Part shown: positions 9,155 through 19,409 of the stretch, piece by piece
Layout: every line of letters begins with the position of its first letter
Position numbering within the stretch: the first letter of the stretch is position 1
Assembly: GCA_046045965.1 (NCBI GenBank)
Contig: JBJOKS010000022.1
Coordinates: forward strand, 49,224-113,223
Source of the DNA: Cyanobacteriota bacterium
GTDB lineage: Bacteria; Cyanobacteriota; Cyanobacteriia; Cyanobacteriales; Nostocaceae
Direction: 5' to 3'
Length of the DNA stretch: 64,000 bases
Made by a program: the position numbers and the translations under genes
The notes under the pieces: model-generated
What the model was told of the DNA's origin: nothing
The model's input: only the letters and a program-made list of their open reading frames with translations
The model's database searches: none

Positions 9155-9982
9155 ATGATCAAAATACTTTCAGAACCATTAAGCATTGAATATTTAACTG
9201 TAGAAATTTTTGGCTTACCTCAACATTTACAAAACACTAAAATAGTTCAACTTTCTGATTTTCATTATGATGGGTTATTACTAACAGAAGATTTACTTGC
9301 CGAAGCAATTGCTGTCACCAATCAACTAGAACCTGATTTAATAGTATTAACAGGTGATTTTGTTACTCATAATCCCCGACCCATCTATCAATTAGCAAAG
9401 CGGTTAAGGCATTTAGAAAGTCGCGCTGGTGTTTATGCTATCTTGGGTAATCATGACCTTTATTATACTCATTCAAAAACCGAAATTACCTCGGCATTAA
9501 CTGCTGTAGGAATTGAGGTACTTTGGAATCAAATTTCCTATCCTTTAGGTTCAGATTTAGCATTAGTAGGACTCGCTGATTTTTGGTCTCCAGAATTTCA
9601 TCCCGCACCTGTGATGAATTCTTTAGATATCAATATTCCTCGCCTTGTTTTATCTCATAATCCTGATAGTGCAGTAGTTTTGAAAAACTGGCGCGTAGAT
9701 TTACAATTATCAGGACATACTCATGGGGGTCAAATTGTTATTCCCGGTGTTGGATCTGTCCCAAATTGGATTTCTTCTTCCCGTCACAAAATTCCTGAAT
9801 TCTTTTGGCCTTGGATACCTTTTATGAAGGGGAAATGGCCGAAAGTAGTGGAAAATTGGCAATGGAGTCAAGGACTACATCAAGTAGGTACAAATCAATT
9901 GTATGTAAATCGTGGTTTGGGAACTTTCCCCCCCGGACGTTGGTATTGTCCACCCGAAGTCACAGCGATTTCTCTAGTATAA
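9155..9982 (+). CDS. Calcineurin-like metallophosphoesterase (YkuE-like)
   Basis: SDFH, TGD, GNHD, SHNPD and GHTHGGQ motifs. Confidence 0.9.
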   Translation: MIKILSEPLSIEYLTVEIFGLPQHLQNTKIVQLSDFHYDGLLLTEDLLAEAIAVTNQLEPDLIVLTGDFVTHNPRPIYQLAKRLRHLESRAGVYAILGNHDLYYTHSKTEITSALTAVGIEVLWNQISYPLGSDLALVGLADFWSPEFHPAPVMNSLDINIPRLVLSHNPDSAVVLKNWRVDLQLSGHTHGGQIVIPGVGSVPNWISSSRHKIPEFFWPWIPFMKGKWPKVVENWQWSQGLHQVGTNQLYVNRGLGTFPPGRWYCPPEVTAISLV

Positions 9983-10053
9983 AAACATTAGACATCTCTA
10001 CTGAATTTTGCCAATATTCTCACCGAAAAATCCTCTCTTGTGGTAAAATTCTA

Positions 10054-10252
10054 ATTCCTATGATTTGGGAAACTTCGGTTAAATTCCGAGACTGTGCCGC
10101 AGCTGTAAAGCAATTTGAGATTTTAGATTGCTGATTTTAGATAGTTGATGCTGAAAAACCATCTAGTACAAAAGATACGGGTAATCAGAAAATCCAAAAT
10201 CTAAAGTCTAAAATCCAAAATTGAACAAGTCAGAATGCCAACTCTAGGAAAT
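10054..10252 (+). ncRNA. Cobalamin riboswitch
   Basis: GGGAA-CTTCGGTTAAATTCCGAG-ACTGTGCCGCAGCTGTAA core and B12 box AAGTCAGAATGCCAAC directly upstream of cobG; extended -10-like TGGTAAAAT at 10041. Confidence 0.8.
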
Positions 10253-10298
10253 ACATCTCAGTTCTGTCTCCGCGTCGCACGGGGAAGGAGTTATAGTT

Positions 10299-11843
10299 TT
10301 GTTAAGTGCATTTACTGCTTGTCCAGGCTTATTTTACACCACACCAGCCCAAGATGGGATATTATCTCGTCTGCGAATACCCGGTGGTATTTTGAATAGT
10401 GAACAGTTTCGCACTATTGCTCACATAGCTGCTAATTATGGTGGGGGCTACGTCGATGTGACAAATCGCGGTAACTTGCAAATAAGAGAAATAAAAAAAG
10501 AAATAAATCTTGAAGTTCTCGAACAGTTACAAAAATTGGGTTTAGGTTCTATTAATCCCGCTGTAGATCATATTCGCAATATTATGACTAGTCCCACTGC
10601 GGGTATAGATACTCAAGAATTAATAGATACTCGTCCGCTAGTGCAAGCTTGGGACGAATATATAACAACCAACTCCCATTTAGGAGGACTTTCGGCAAAA
10701 TTTAGCGTTTGCTTTGATGGTGGTGGTAAACTTTCTCTGAAAAACTGCCCCAACGATATCACTTTTGTTGCTGTTCAGGTAGATGGGGGGGGTAGGAAAG
10801 AACCGAAGTTCCTTCCTACGGGGAAATGGGGACATAATTCAGTATACCTCATTTTGCATCTTTGTGGTGGCGAACAAGAAAAATTATCTAAAAGTACAGG
10901 AATGTTGTTAACACCAGCGGAATGTATCCCGGTTTTAGCCGCTTTAGCAGAAGTCTATTTACAACATACAGACTCTAGCAGTCGTCGGAAACCACGTTTG
11001 CGGGAAGTTATTTATAATTTAGGCTGGGAAAATTATCTACAACAAGTTAAAGAAAACTTAACCACTGCCAAACTCCAGGTAGGTACAAAGCTAGAACATC
11101 AAAATATCAACCATAGGAGCAAAGACGCAAATTTGCATATTGATAAAAATAAAAATTTATATCATCTTGGTATTCATCGCCAAAAACAATTAGGTTTATT
11201 TTATATCGGTATTGTTTTACCTTTGGGGCGTTTGCAAAGTTGGCAAATGCGCGGTTTAGCTAATTTAGCCGCAAAATATGGTAGTGCTAATCTCAGACTC
11301 ACACCTTGGCAGAATATACTGATCACTGATATTCCCCAGAAACACATTTCAGAAGTTGAAACAGAAATTACCCATTTAGGACTGAGCTATTCAGAACTAA
11401 ACATCAAAAGCGCATTAGTATCCTGTTCTGGAAACCAGGGTTGTGCTGCTGCTGCAACTGACACCAAAAGTCATGCTTTAACATTAGGAGAATATTTAGA
11501 AACTCAAATTACCTTGGATTCTCCCATTAATATACATTTTAGTGGTTGTGTTAAATCTTGCGCTCAACATCATCAAAGTGATATTACATTGCTTGGTGTG
11601 AATATTGAGGCAGAAAATGAAACTTGGGAAGGATATCAAATGTATCTTGCTGACGATACCTTACAACAATTTGGTCGTCAAATTTATGAAAATGTGACCT
11701 TTGCTGAATTACCTCAACTCATGGAACGAATGTTAAAAGTGTATCAAATTAAACGGGTTAGTTCTCAAGAATCATTTAGAGAATTTGCCAATCGTTATGA
11801 TATATCTGAACTCAAACAATTGTTCACTGTTCAATCAATTTAA
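10299..11843 (+). CDS. cobG: Precorrin-3B synthase
   Basis: ACPG...DGILSRLRIPGG and nitrite/sulfite reductase-type CSGNQGC and SGCVKSCAQ motifs; heads the cob operon. Confidence 0.88.
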   Translation: MLSAFTACPGLFYTTPAQDGILSRLRIPGGILNSEQFRTIAHIAANYGGGYVDVTNRGNLQIREIKKEINLEVLEQLQKLGLGSINPAVDHIRNIMTSPTAGIDTQELIDTRPLVQAWDEYITTNSHLGGLSAKFSVCFDGGGKLSLKNCPNDITFVAVQVDGGGRKEPKFLPTGKWGHNSVYLILHLCGGEQEKLSKSTGMLLTPAECIPVLAALAEVYLQHTDSSSRRKPRLREVIYNLGWENYLQQVKENLTTAKLQVGTKLEHQNINHRSKDANLHIDKNKNLYHLGIHRQKQLGLFYIGIVLPLGRLQSWQMRGLANLAAKYGSANLRLTPWQNILITDIPQKHISEVETEITHLGLSYSELNIKSALVSCSGNQGCAAAATDTKSHALTLGEYLETQITLDSPINIHFSGCVKSCAQHHQSDITLLGVNIEAENETWEGYQMYLADDTLQQFGRQIYENVTFAELPQLMERMLKVYQIKRVSSQESFREFANRYDISELKQLFTVQSI

Positions 11844-11869
11844 TTCTCAAATCCAAAATCTCAGAACTT

Positions 11870-12499
11870 ATGTTTAATTATATACGTGATGCCAACGAAA
11901 TATACAGAAAATCCTTCGCCATTATTCGCTCAGAAGCTAACTTAGATATTCTGCCCGAAGATGTATCACAAGTTGCCGTCCGTCTAATTCATGCCTGTGG
12001 AATGCCGGATATTGCCACAGATTTGGCATATTCACGCAATGCGGTAATCTCAGGGAGAAAAGCTTTAGCAGCTGGCGCACCCATTTTGTGTGATTGTCGT
12101 ATGGTTGCCGAAGGTGTCACCCGCAAAAGATTACCTGCCAATAACGCCGTGATCTGCACCTTGAATGATCCAGAAGTCCCAGCAATAGCGAAACGGCTGA
12201 CAAATACCCGTTCAGCAGCCGCTTTAGAACTATGGCGTTTTCATCTCGATGGGGCAGTTGTCGCTATTGGTAATGCACCCACAGCCTTGTTTAGATTATT
12301 AGAAATGCTAGATGAGGGAGTACCACGTCCAGCACTAATTTTAGGCTTTCCCGTGGGTTTTGTCGGTGCAGCAGAATCAAAAGCCGCTTTAGCAGCAGAT
12401 AGCCGTGGTGTACCATTTTTAACTTTACATGGACGACGAGGCGGTAGTGCGATCGCTTCTGCTGCTGTTAACGCCTTAGCAACCGAGGAAGAAATATAA
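11870..12499 (+). CDS. cobH: Precorrin-8X methylmutase
   Basis: IYRKSFAIIR, RLIHACG, IGNAPTAL, PVGFVGAAESK, GRRGGS. Confidence 0.95.
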   Translation: MFNYIRDANEIYRKSFAIIRSEANLDILPEDVSQVAVRLIHACGMPDIATDLAYSRNAVISGRKALAAGAPILCDCRMVAEGVTRKRLPANNAVICTLNDPEVPAIAKRLTNTRSAAALELWRFHLDGAVVAIGNAPTALFRLLEMLDEGVPRPALILGFPVGFVGAAESKAALAADSRGVPFLTLHGRRGGSAIASAAVNALATEEEI

Positions 12500-12501
12500 A
12501 T

Positions 12502-13206
12502 ATGAACTCAAAAGGTCGTCTGTATGGAGTCGGTGTCGGTCCTGGAGATCCAGAACTATTGACATTAAAAGCATTACGCTTATTACGTTCGGCCTCTGTT
12601 ATTGCCTATCAGTCAGCAGTAGACCGGGAAAGTATCGCCAGAAAAATTGTGTCGCCATATTTACCCGGTCATCAAATTGAGGTTTTATATCATCTTCCCC
12701 GCGCCTTAGAACCAGAAAAAGCTCAAGCTATCTATGACAAAGAAGTTGAACCCATCGCCGAACATTTAGCCGCAGGTCGGGATGTGGTCGTATTGTGTGA
12801 AGGAGATCCGTTCTTTTACGGGTCTTTTATGTATATCTTCACTCGTTTATCTGACCAATATCAAACAGAAGTAGTGCCTGGTATTTCTTCTTTGATGGCC
12901 TGTCCAGTATCCTTGGGTGTACCCTTCACCTACTACAATGATATTCTCACCGTTCTACCCGCCACACTGCCCACAGAAATGCTCACTTCTCAACTTTTAG
13001 CCACAGATGCAGCCGCAATTATGAAACTCGGCCGCCATTTTACTAAAGTCCGTGATGTCTTGCATCAATTGGGACTAACTTCACGGGCAAAATATATTGA
13101 ACGAGCAACAACTACCCAACAACGCATCATACCCTTAGATGAAGTAGATCCAGAACAAGTACCCTATTTCTCTATGATCGTCATACCTACTAAGCAAAGG
13201 CTTTAA
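12502..13206 (+). CDS. cobI: Precorrin-2 C20-methyltransferase
   Basis: GVGVGPGDPELLTLKA, EGDPFFYGSF, PYFS. Confidence 0.93.
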   Translation: MNSKGRLYGVGVGPGDPELLTLKALRLLRSASVIAYQSAVDRESIARKIVSPYLPGHQIEVLYHLPRALEPEKAQAIYDKEVEPIAEHLAAGRDVVVLCEGDPFFYGSFMYIFTRLSDQYQTEVVPGISSLMACPVSLGVPFTYYNDILTVLPATLPTEMLTSQLLATDAAAIMKLGRHFTKVRDVLHQLGLTSRAKYIERATTTQQRIIPLDEVDPEQVPYFSMIVIPTKQRL

Positions 13207-13386
13207 GGAGTCAGGAGTCAGGAGTCAGGATATATATTACTTCTTCCCAGTCCCCAGTAAAGAGTCCCCAGTCACAGCGCAATAGTAAGTTAAGACTATT
13301 GACTACGACCGAAAAACCTGATATAGTTAGTCTTGACGAGGAAGAACTATCTGGCAATAATTAAATAAAAATAATTTAAATATTAA

Positions 13387-15117
13387 ATGAAAACAAGGGT
13401 TGCACCAGCCGTTGTCATACTGGGACAAAATAGTATCGCAGTAGCCAGGCAAATTATCAGAATTTTACCAGGGGCGAAGTTATACGGTTTAGCAAGTCGC
13501 ACCTGTGATGTTGATGCGAGTTATACGAATTTTGGCGATACACTGCGGGAGTTTTTTGCTGCGGGAACACCTATAATTGGCATTTGTGCGGCTGGGATTC
13601 TCATTAGAACTTTAGCACCACTGATTACAGATAAAAGTCAAGAACCACCAGTATTGGCTGTAGCCGAAGATGGGAGTGCAGTTGTCCCGCTTTTAGGTGG
13701 ACTAAGTGGGGTAAATGAATTAGCACGGCAAATAGCAGAAGCTTTAAATGTCCAAGCTGCAATTACAACTACAGGAGATTTGCGTTTTCGCACAACGTTG
13801 TTATCTCCTCCTCCTGGATATTATTTAGCTAACCCAGAAGATGGGAAAAAATTTATAGCAGACTTATTAGCAGGAGCAAAAGTTAAATTAGTAGGAACAG
13901 CACCTTGGTTAAGTGAAAGTAACTTACCCATTGATGATGATGGTGAGTTAACCATTCAAGTGACAGAAAAAGAGGTGATTTCTCAACCTAACTGTTTAGT
14001 TTATCATCCCAAAAAAGTTGCGATCGCCATCACTACCCCCAATTCAGAAACACTTAGCCACATTTACGAACTACTAGAAGACGCACAGGTTTCACCCAAA
14101 ACAGTCGCAGTCATCCTTGCACCTCTCTACCTAGCTACTAACTCCATACTCCAAAATATTGCCAATATTTTTAAAGTACCAAATCGGTTTTTCAAAGCCA
14201 GTCAACTAACAGAATTTACCATACAAGGATACAGTTTCCACGAAGCAGTTGTTTTTGCAGGTACAGAACCAAATAACAAATCTTTGTGTTCTGCATTTTC
14301 CCACATTACTTTGAGCATTTCTCCCCAAATTATCGACCCTGAAACCATCGGACAACCACAGGGAAAATTAGCCATCATTGGTACAGGACCTGGTGCATCA
14401 AAATGGATGTCACCCGAAGTTAAAGAAATTCTCAATCATGCTACAGATTTAGTAGGTTATAAAACTTATATCAATTTAATTGGTGCTTTAGCTGAAGGTA
14501 AAAAAATTCATGAATCTGATAACAGAGAAGAAGAAACACGGGCAAAAATGGCCTTAGACTTAGCCGCAGAGGGTAAATATGTAGCGGTAGTTTCTTCAGG
14601 AGACCCCGGTATTTATGCAATGGCCACCGCAGTTTTTGAAGTCATAGATAAATATAATCAACCAGAATGGCAAACTATTGATATTCAAGTAGCCCCTGGT
14701 ATTTCTGCTATGCAAGCCACCGCAGCAGCTATTGGCGCACCTTTAGGACATGACTTTTGTGTAATTTCGCTTTCTGACATTTTGAAACCTTGGGAAATTA
14801 TCGCCCAACGCATCACAAACGCAGCCCAAGGTGATTTTGTTATAGCATTTTATAACCCTGTTTCTAAAGAACGCACTTGGCAATTAGCAGAAGCTAAAAA
14901 TATCTTGCTACAGCATAGAAAACCAGATACACCAGTAATATTAGGGTGGAATATTGGCAGACCAGGACAAACTGTAAAAGTCATCACCCTCGAACAATTA
15001 GAACCAATAGAAGCCGATATGCGAACTTTAATTATTATCGGTTCTTCTCAAACGCGGAAAATTGAAACCAGTGAAAAAAATATACGGGTTTATACACCAC
15101 GCCGTTATAATTCGTAA
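13387..15117 (+). CDS. cobJ: CbiG-like domain fused to precorrin-3B C17-methyltransferase
   Basis: N-terminal GILIRTLAP..DK..EPPVLAV (CbiG); C-terminal GTGPG, SSGDPGIY, GHDFCVISLSD, YTPRRY (CobJ). Confidence 0.92.
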   Translation: MKTRVAPAVVILGQNSIAVARQIIRILPGAKLYGLASRTCDVDASYTNFGDTLREFFAAGTPIIGICAAGILIRTLAPLITDKSQEPPVLAVAEDGSAVVPLLGGLSGVNELARQIAEALNVQAAITTTGDLRFRTTLLSPPPGYYLANPEDGKKFIADLLAGAKVKLVGTAPWLSESNLPIDDDGELTIQVTEKEVISQPNCLVYHPKKVAIAITTPNSETLSHIYELLEDAQVSPKTVAVILAPLYLATNSILQNIANIFKVPNRFFKASQLTEFTIQGYSFHEAVVFAGTEPNNKSLCSAFSHITLSISPQIIDPETIGQPQGKLAIIGTGPGASKWMSPEVKEILNHATDLVGYKTYINLIGALAEGKKIHESDNREEETRAKMALDLAAEGKYVAVVSSGDPGIYAMATAVFEVIDKYNQPEWQTIDIQVAPGISAMQATAAAIGAPLGHDFCVISLSDILKPWEIIAQRITNAAQGDFVIAFYNPVSKERTWQLAEAKNILLQHRKPDTPVILGWNIGRPGQTVKVITLEQLEPIEADMRTLIIIGSSQTRKIETSEKNIRVYTPRRYNS

Positions 15118-15833
15118 TTAGTAATTTAACAACTCCTGAGTTCCTGAGAGGATATTTGTAAAGTCTTAAAGTCTACCGAAAAACCTCTCTCCTTGTAGAA
15201 TAAAAGCTTTGAAACATTAGGTTCTGAGGATTTTGGTGTTTCATACAATACTTTTAAAACATCCCCAGTATTCCACAAATAAAGCCCCAAGAATAACAAC
15301 TTATTCTCAGGGCTGTCATACCTGACCACATTTACATTTTTAATTGAAAAATACCAGAAGTTTTGAGAAATCAAAGACATAAATATCGGAATTATGTCTA
15401 AAAATGAATGACTGAATTTAGGAATTTGTGTTATGATGTTATGGCTTTTTTTTATGTAATACATCCAGATATTTATGAGACTATTTCTGCATTTATATTT
15501 TTTCTAAAATTGGCAATATTCAAAACATAGAAGATGCTTAACCCCATCTGCGCTGACAAAAGTCAGAATCATCATCATTTTTTGGATTCAGACTTGATAA
15601 TTTATATAAAAAGGCGTTATTTTGTAATACTATTTTGACAAAGATTCTGTAAATAAATTCCATCTCAGAAACTCTAATGACTCATAAAGTCTCAAACAAA
15701 AAGATATAATTAAAGTAGTTATGTCCAGTCAAATGCTCACAAATACTTGATTTTTTAGTTTTTATCATCAACAATAAAAGCATCATGTTTCATACATGAT
15801 TGTAGCCAATAAAAGTGACAGAAGCCCTAATAT

Positions 15834-15860
15834 ATGTCCGCCCTTGCGGACATTTTATTT
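15834..15860 (+). terminator. Intrinsic terminator-like hairpin in a long intergenic region
   Basis: ATGTCCGC-CCTT-GCGGACAT followed by TTTATTT. Confidence 0.5.
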
Positions 15861-15875
15861 ACTTATTTATTTACT

Positions 15876-15985
15876 TATAGGAATCATATTTGATTATTGA
15901 AAAACACTCCGTACACTTTCCCTGTTCCCTGTTCCCTGTTCCCTCTCTACACAGATAATTTCACAAATCAAATACCAATCCTATA
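15876..15985. mobile_element. MITE-like element (TATAG(G/C)AATC family) with internal STRR
   Basis: Imperfect TIRs TATAGGAATCATATTTGATT and AATCAAATACCAATCCTATA with internal (CCCTGTT)n; related to the element at 31552-31690. Confidence 0.7.
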
Positions 15986-16374
15986 TAAATCACCATCTAT
16001 AGTCGTGGACAGGGTGCTTAGGACATCAATTGATCATAAAACTCCCACTACAAGAGGGTTTTACTCCTGACTCCTGACTCCTGCTATAGATTGATTTTTT
16101 GTTTGATTAAAAAAATAATTTCTCAGTCTCTTGCTCAGGGTGAGATTGCCATAATAAAAAGACATAAATACTATAATTATGTCCAAAAAAATTTAATGCC
16201 TGTCCTAGAAGTCGGGTATCTGGATATTGTATTTTTTAAGTTGCGCCACTTACTATGACAGATGCTGAGATTAGCTATCACATAAATCAACTATTATTAT
16301 TCCTGATAGCTCTGCTCTTGAATTGAAAGATTTAATCGTGTATTCTGAAAATTCAAGAACATTTATCAAGAAAA

Positions 16375-16746
16375 ATGACGAACAAATTTATACTAACCTT
16401 ATTTTCCTCTCCTGTGTTGATTAGCTCTTTTTTGACGATGGGAGTAATGCTAAATCAAGCCCAAGCAGCCGAACCAGTAGCCAAAAACACAGCCCAAAAT
16501 AAAGATAATTTGTCTTGTATTCGCAATAAACATAAAGTGGGTTTAGTCTGTGCCAGAGCTTCCGTATTGGCTCAAATTCCAGAGTATCAAGCCCAACCAG
16601 AAGATTTTGCTACTCCTGATGATATTCAAATGCTAGAGTTCAATATTGAAGAAAGTAATATGGCAGTAGATTTATTTGGCTGTGACTGCCCAGCTTGTAT
16701 AAATTCTTTACGAGCCATGCGTGGTGTAACACCTTTGGTTTATTAA
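16375..16746 (+). CDS. Secreted hypothetical protein with C-terminal CxCxxC motif
   Basis: Signal-peptide-like N-terminus ending AQA-AEP; C-terminal LFGCDCPACIN. Confidence 0.75.
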   Translation: MTNKFILTLFSSPVLISSFLTMGVMLNQAQAAEPVAKNTAQNKDNLSCIRNKHKVGLVCARASVLAQIPEYQAQPEDFATPDDIQMLEFNIEESNMAVDLFGCDCPACINSLRAMRGVTPLVY

Positions 16747-16784
16747 GAACCAAAGACTGGGGACTGGGGAACAGTGAAGAATGA

Positions 16785-16862
16785 TAGGACTTACGCACAA
16801 AAGTTATCTGTGGAGACAGGATGTAGGGGTGTAGGGGTGTAAGGGTTTTTGCGTAAGTCCTA
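16785..16862. mobile_element. MITE-like element with 13-bp perfect TIR
   Basis: TAGGACTTACGCA ... TGCGTAAGTCCTA with internal GTAGGGGT repeats. Confidence 0.8.
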
Positions 16863-16892
16863 AATGATGGACAATGATAACTGAATTGAAGC

Positions 16893-17696
16893 CTATCCGC
16901 GAATACCATTCACATACGCAGATGTCAAATCGTGCTGTGGTTCAGTAAAAATCTGTTCGACTGTACCATACTCGATTAATCTTCCCACTTCTGCTTGTAC
17001 CCAAAATAGGGCAGCGTGATCGCCAATGCGTCTGGCTTGAGCGAGGTTATGGGTGACAATTACCACTGTGTAACGTCCGCGCAGACTAGCAATTAAATCT
17101 TCAACTACGCCGCTAGAAATTGGATCAAGGGCGCTACAAGGTTCATCAAATAATAAAACTTCTGGTTGCAAAACCAAAGCACGGGCAATACATAAACGTT
17201 GCTTTTGTCCACCAGATAAAGATAAAGCTGAAGTATGCAGTCGATCTTTAACTTCGTTCCACAGTCCAACATCTTGGAGTGTGCTTTCAATTAGCCAGTC
17301 TAGTTTCTCACGGTTTTTGATTCCGTGTTCTTGTAGGGGAAAGGCTAAATTCTTCCAAATTGAGAAGGGAAAAGGATTAGGTTTTTGAAAGATTTTACCC
17401 ACACGCCGACGTAAGGCGATCGCATCTACACTGTTATGGAGAATTTCTAAATCATCTAACCGAATACTGCCCGAAATCTTGGTATGAGGAATTAAATCAG
17501 TTAAGCGATTGAGACAACTTAAAAAACTGCTTTTGCCACAGCCAGAAGGTCCCACCAATGCCGTAATTTTACCTGCCTGAATCGGCATGGTGATATCTTT
17601 AAAAGCTGCTTTTTTGCCATAATACAAACTCAGTCCCTCAGTGTACATTGAAGGCAGAGTTGAGGGAGAATTGTGTTTAAATTGAGATTGCTTCAT
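16893..17696 (-). CDS. pstB: Phosphate ABC transporter ATP-binding protein
   Basis: GPSGCGKS, FQKPNPF, LSGGQKQR, DEPCSALDP; ATG at 17696 overlaps the pstA TGA. Confidence 0.93.
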   Translation of the reverse strand: MKQSQFKHNSPSTLPSMYTEGLSLYYGKKAAFKDITMPIQAGKITALVGPSGCGKSSFLSCLNRLTDLIPHTKISGSIRLDDLEILHNSVDAIALRRRVGKIFQKPNPFPFSIWKNLAFPLQEHGIKNREKLDWLIESTLQDVGLWNEVKDRLHTSALSLSGGQKQRLCIARALVLQPEVLLFDEPCSALDPISSGVVEDLIASLRGRYTVVIVTHNLAQARRIGDHAALFWVQAEVGRLIEYGTVEQIFTEPQHDLTSAYVNGIRG

Positions 17697-18538
17697 GTAA
17701 TTCTCCGCGCTAACCAAAATTGGGTTGTCCAAGTTGCCATACCATTCACCAGCAACAATAAAATCAACAGCACTAAAGCAGAAGCGTAGGCGTTAGCATC
17801 CCCACCGGCGACATTCATTGATAAATCGAAAATGTGCAGTGATAGCGATCGCCCGGAATCTAATAACGACTCTGGCATTCGATCTACATAACCACTGGTA
17901 AAAATCAATGCGGCTGTCTCGGCGATCGCCCTACCAATTCCCAGTACCAAACCCACAACTAACCCCGGTGTCGCTGCTGGTAAAAGCAGTTTCCATAATG
18001 TGGTGGTGCGTGATAATCCCAAAGCCGCAGCCCCTAACCGATACTCAGCTGGAACAGCTTGCAGTCCTGCTTCTGCGGAACGAATCAATATCGGCAACAC
18101 CATACAAGCCAAGGTCAAACCACCTGATAAAATCGAAAAACCTAATCCCAACTTAATTGCAAAAAAGGCATTACCAAACAAGCCAAAAACAATGGATGGT
18201 ACTCCTGCTAATACATCCAAACTGCGACGAACTAAACGCCCAAACACACTTTCAGTAGTGGTAAACTCGGCTAACAGTACGGCAGTTCCCACACCCAGGG
18301 GAAGAGAAACTGCTAGACAAACTCCCAATATCAGACAAGTAGAAATCAAGATTGGTGCAATTCCCCCCTCTCGTCCCGCATTTTGCGGTTCAGTGGTTAG
18401 AAATTCCCAGGAAATTTGCCCTGCACCATGCCAGACAATATCACCTAAAATCCAACAAAAAACGGCGGTGACAAATATAGCGATCGCCCACAGAATCAGA
18501 GTAGGTAATAAAATCTGATTTTGTAATTTTTTACCCAT
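17693..18538 (-). CDS. pstA: Phosphate ABC transporter permease
   Basis: GVPSIVFGLFG, GRAIAETAAL; multiple TM helices. Confidence 0.92.
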   Translation of the reverse strand: MGKKLQNQILLPTLILWAIAIFVTAVFCWILGDIVWHGAGQISWEFLTTEPQNAGREGGIAPILISTCLILGVCLAVSLPLGVGTAVLLAEFTTTESVFGRLVRRSLDVLAGVPSIVFGLFGNAFFAIKLGLGFSILSGGLTLACMVLPILIRSAEAGLQAVPAEYRLGAAALGLSRTTTLWKLLLPAATPGLVVGLVLGIGRAIAETAALIFTSGYVDRMPESLLDSGRSLSLHIFDLSMNVAGGDANAYASALVLLILLLLVNGMATWTTQFWLARRIT

Positions 18539-19409
18539 AAATGTCTCTCCTGCTGATCACTTCGGCAATAACCACCAAAGCAGCGATCGCTATCATCAAC
18601 AACAAGCCATTTACAAATAATGCAGAACGGTGATTTCCTGTGGCATAAGCCATTTCTAAGGCAATATTGGCAGTGAGGGTGCGAACAGGGTCAAATATGC
18701 TTTTGGGTGTTTGCACGACATTGCCACAAACCATCAACACTGCCATTGTTTCGCCAATAGCGCGACCTGTTCCTAAAATCAAACCAGTAAATAAACCAGA
18801 TTTAGCAGCAGGTAACACAACACTGCGAATGGTTGACCAGGGAGAAATTCCTAAAGCAGCCGCACCCTGTATATACTCTGTAGGAACTTCTGAAAAACTC
18901 GCTTCTGCTGTTAAGGCGATCGTCGGTAATATCATTAATGTCAAAATAGCAATTCCCGCTAACAGGCTAGTTCCTGGTGCTTGCAATTTGCCAATTAGTG
19001 GTACAAGCACGACCAAACCCCAAAAACCGTAAACTACAGAAGGAATACCTGCCAGTAACTCAATTAACTGCCGATAAAATCTAGTGATCAAAGGAGGTGC
19101 ATAATACTGACAAAATATTGCCGAGCCAATACCTAAAGGTGCAGCAAACATTACAGAACCCAGCGTTACCAACAGACTTCCCCACAGCATCGGCATCAAA
19201 TTATAGAATCCTTCTACCGGATGCCAAGATGGATCTTTTACAAAACGCCACCATCCTAACTGTTGTAATATCGGCAAGGCTTCCAGTAATAAGAATCCTG
19301 TAATTAAGATCACAATTACACCTGTGATCAGAGCTAATCCCCGTAATATCCACAAAAGAAAGATATCACTTTGATATGGGGACAAAATCTTGTTTTTTAA
19401 CAATGTCAT
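18531..19409 (-). CDS. pstC: Phosphate ABC transporter permease
   Basis: ELLAGIPSVVYGFWG, GRAIGETMAV; start position uncertain. Confidence 0.92.
   Translation of the reverse strand: MTLLKNKILSPYQSDIFLLWILRGLALITGVIVILITGFLLLEALPILQQLGWWRFVKDPSWHPVEGFYNLMPMLWGSLLVTLGSVMFAAPLGIGSAIFCQYYAPPLITRFYRQLIELLAGIPSVVYGFWGLVVLVPLIGKLQAPGTSLLAGIAILTLMILPTIALTAEASFSEVPTEYIQGAAALGISPWSTIRSVVLPAAKSGLFTGLILGTGRAIGETMAVLMVCGNVVQTPKSIFDPVRTLTANIALEMAYATGNHRSALFVNGLLLMIAIAALVVIAEVISRRDIYG

Noticed and set aside
15126..15464. 112-aa minus-strand ORF
   Set aside because: Low-complexity AT-rich composition with no recognisable motif; probably spurious
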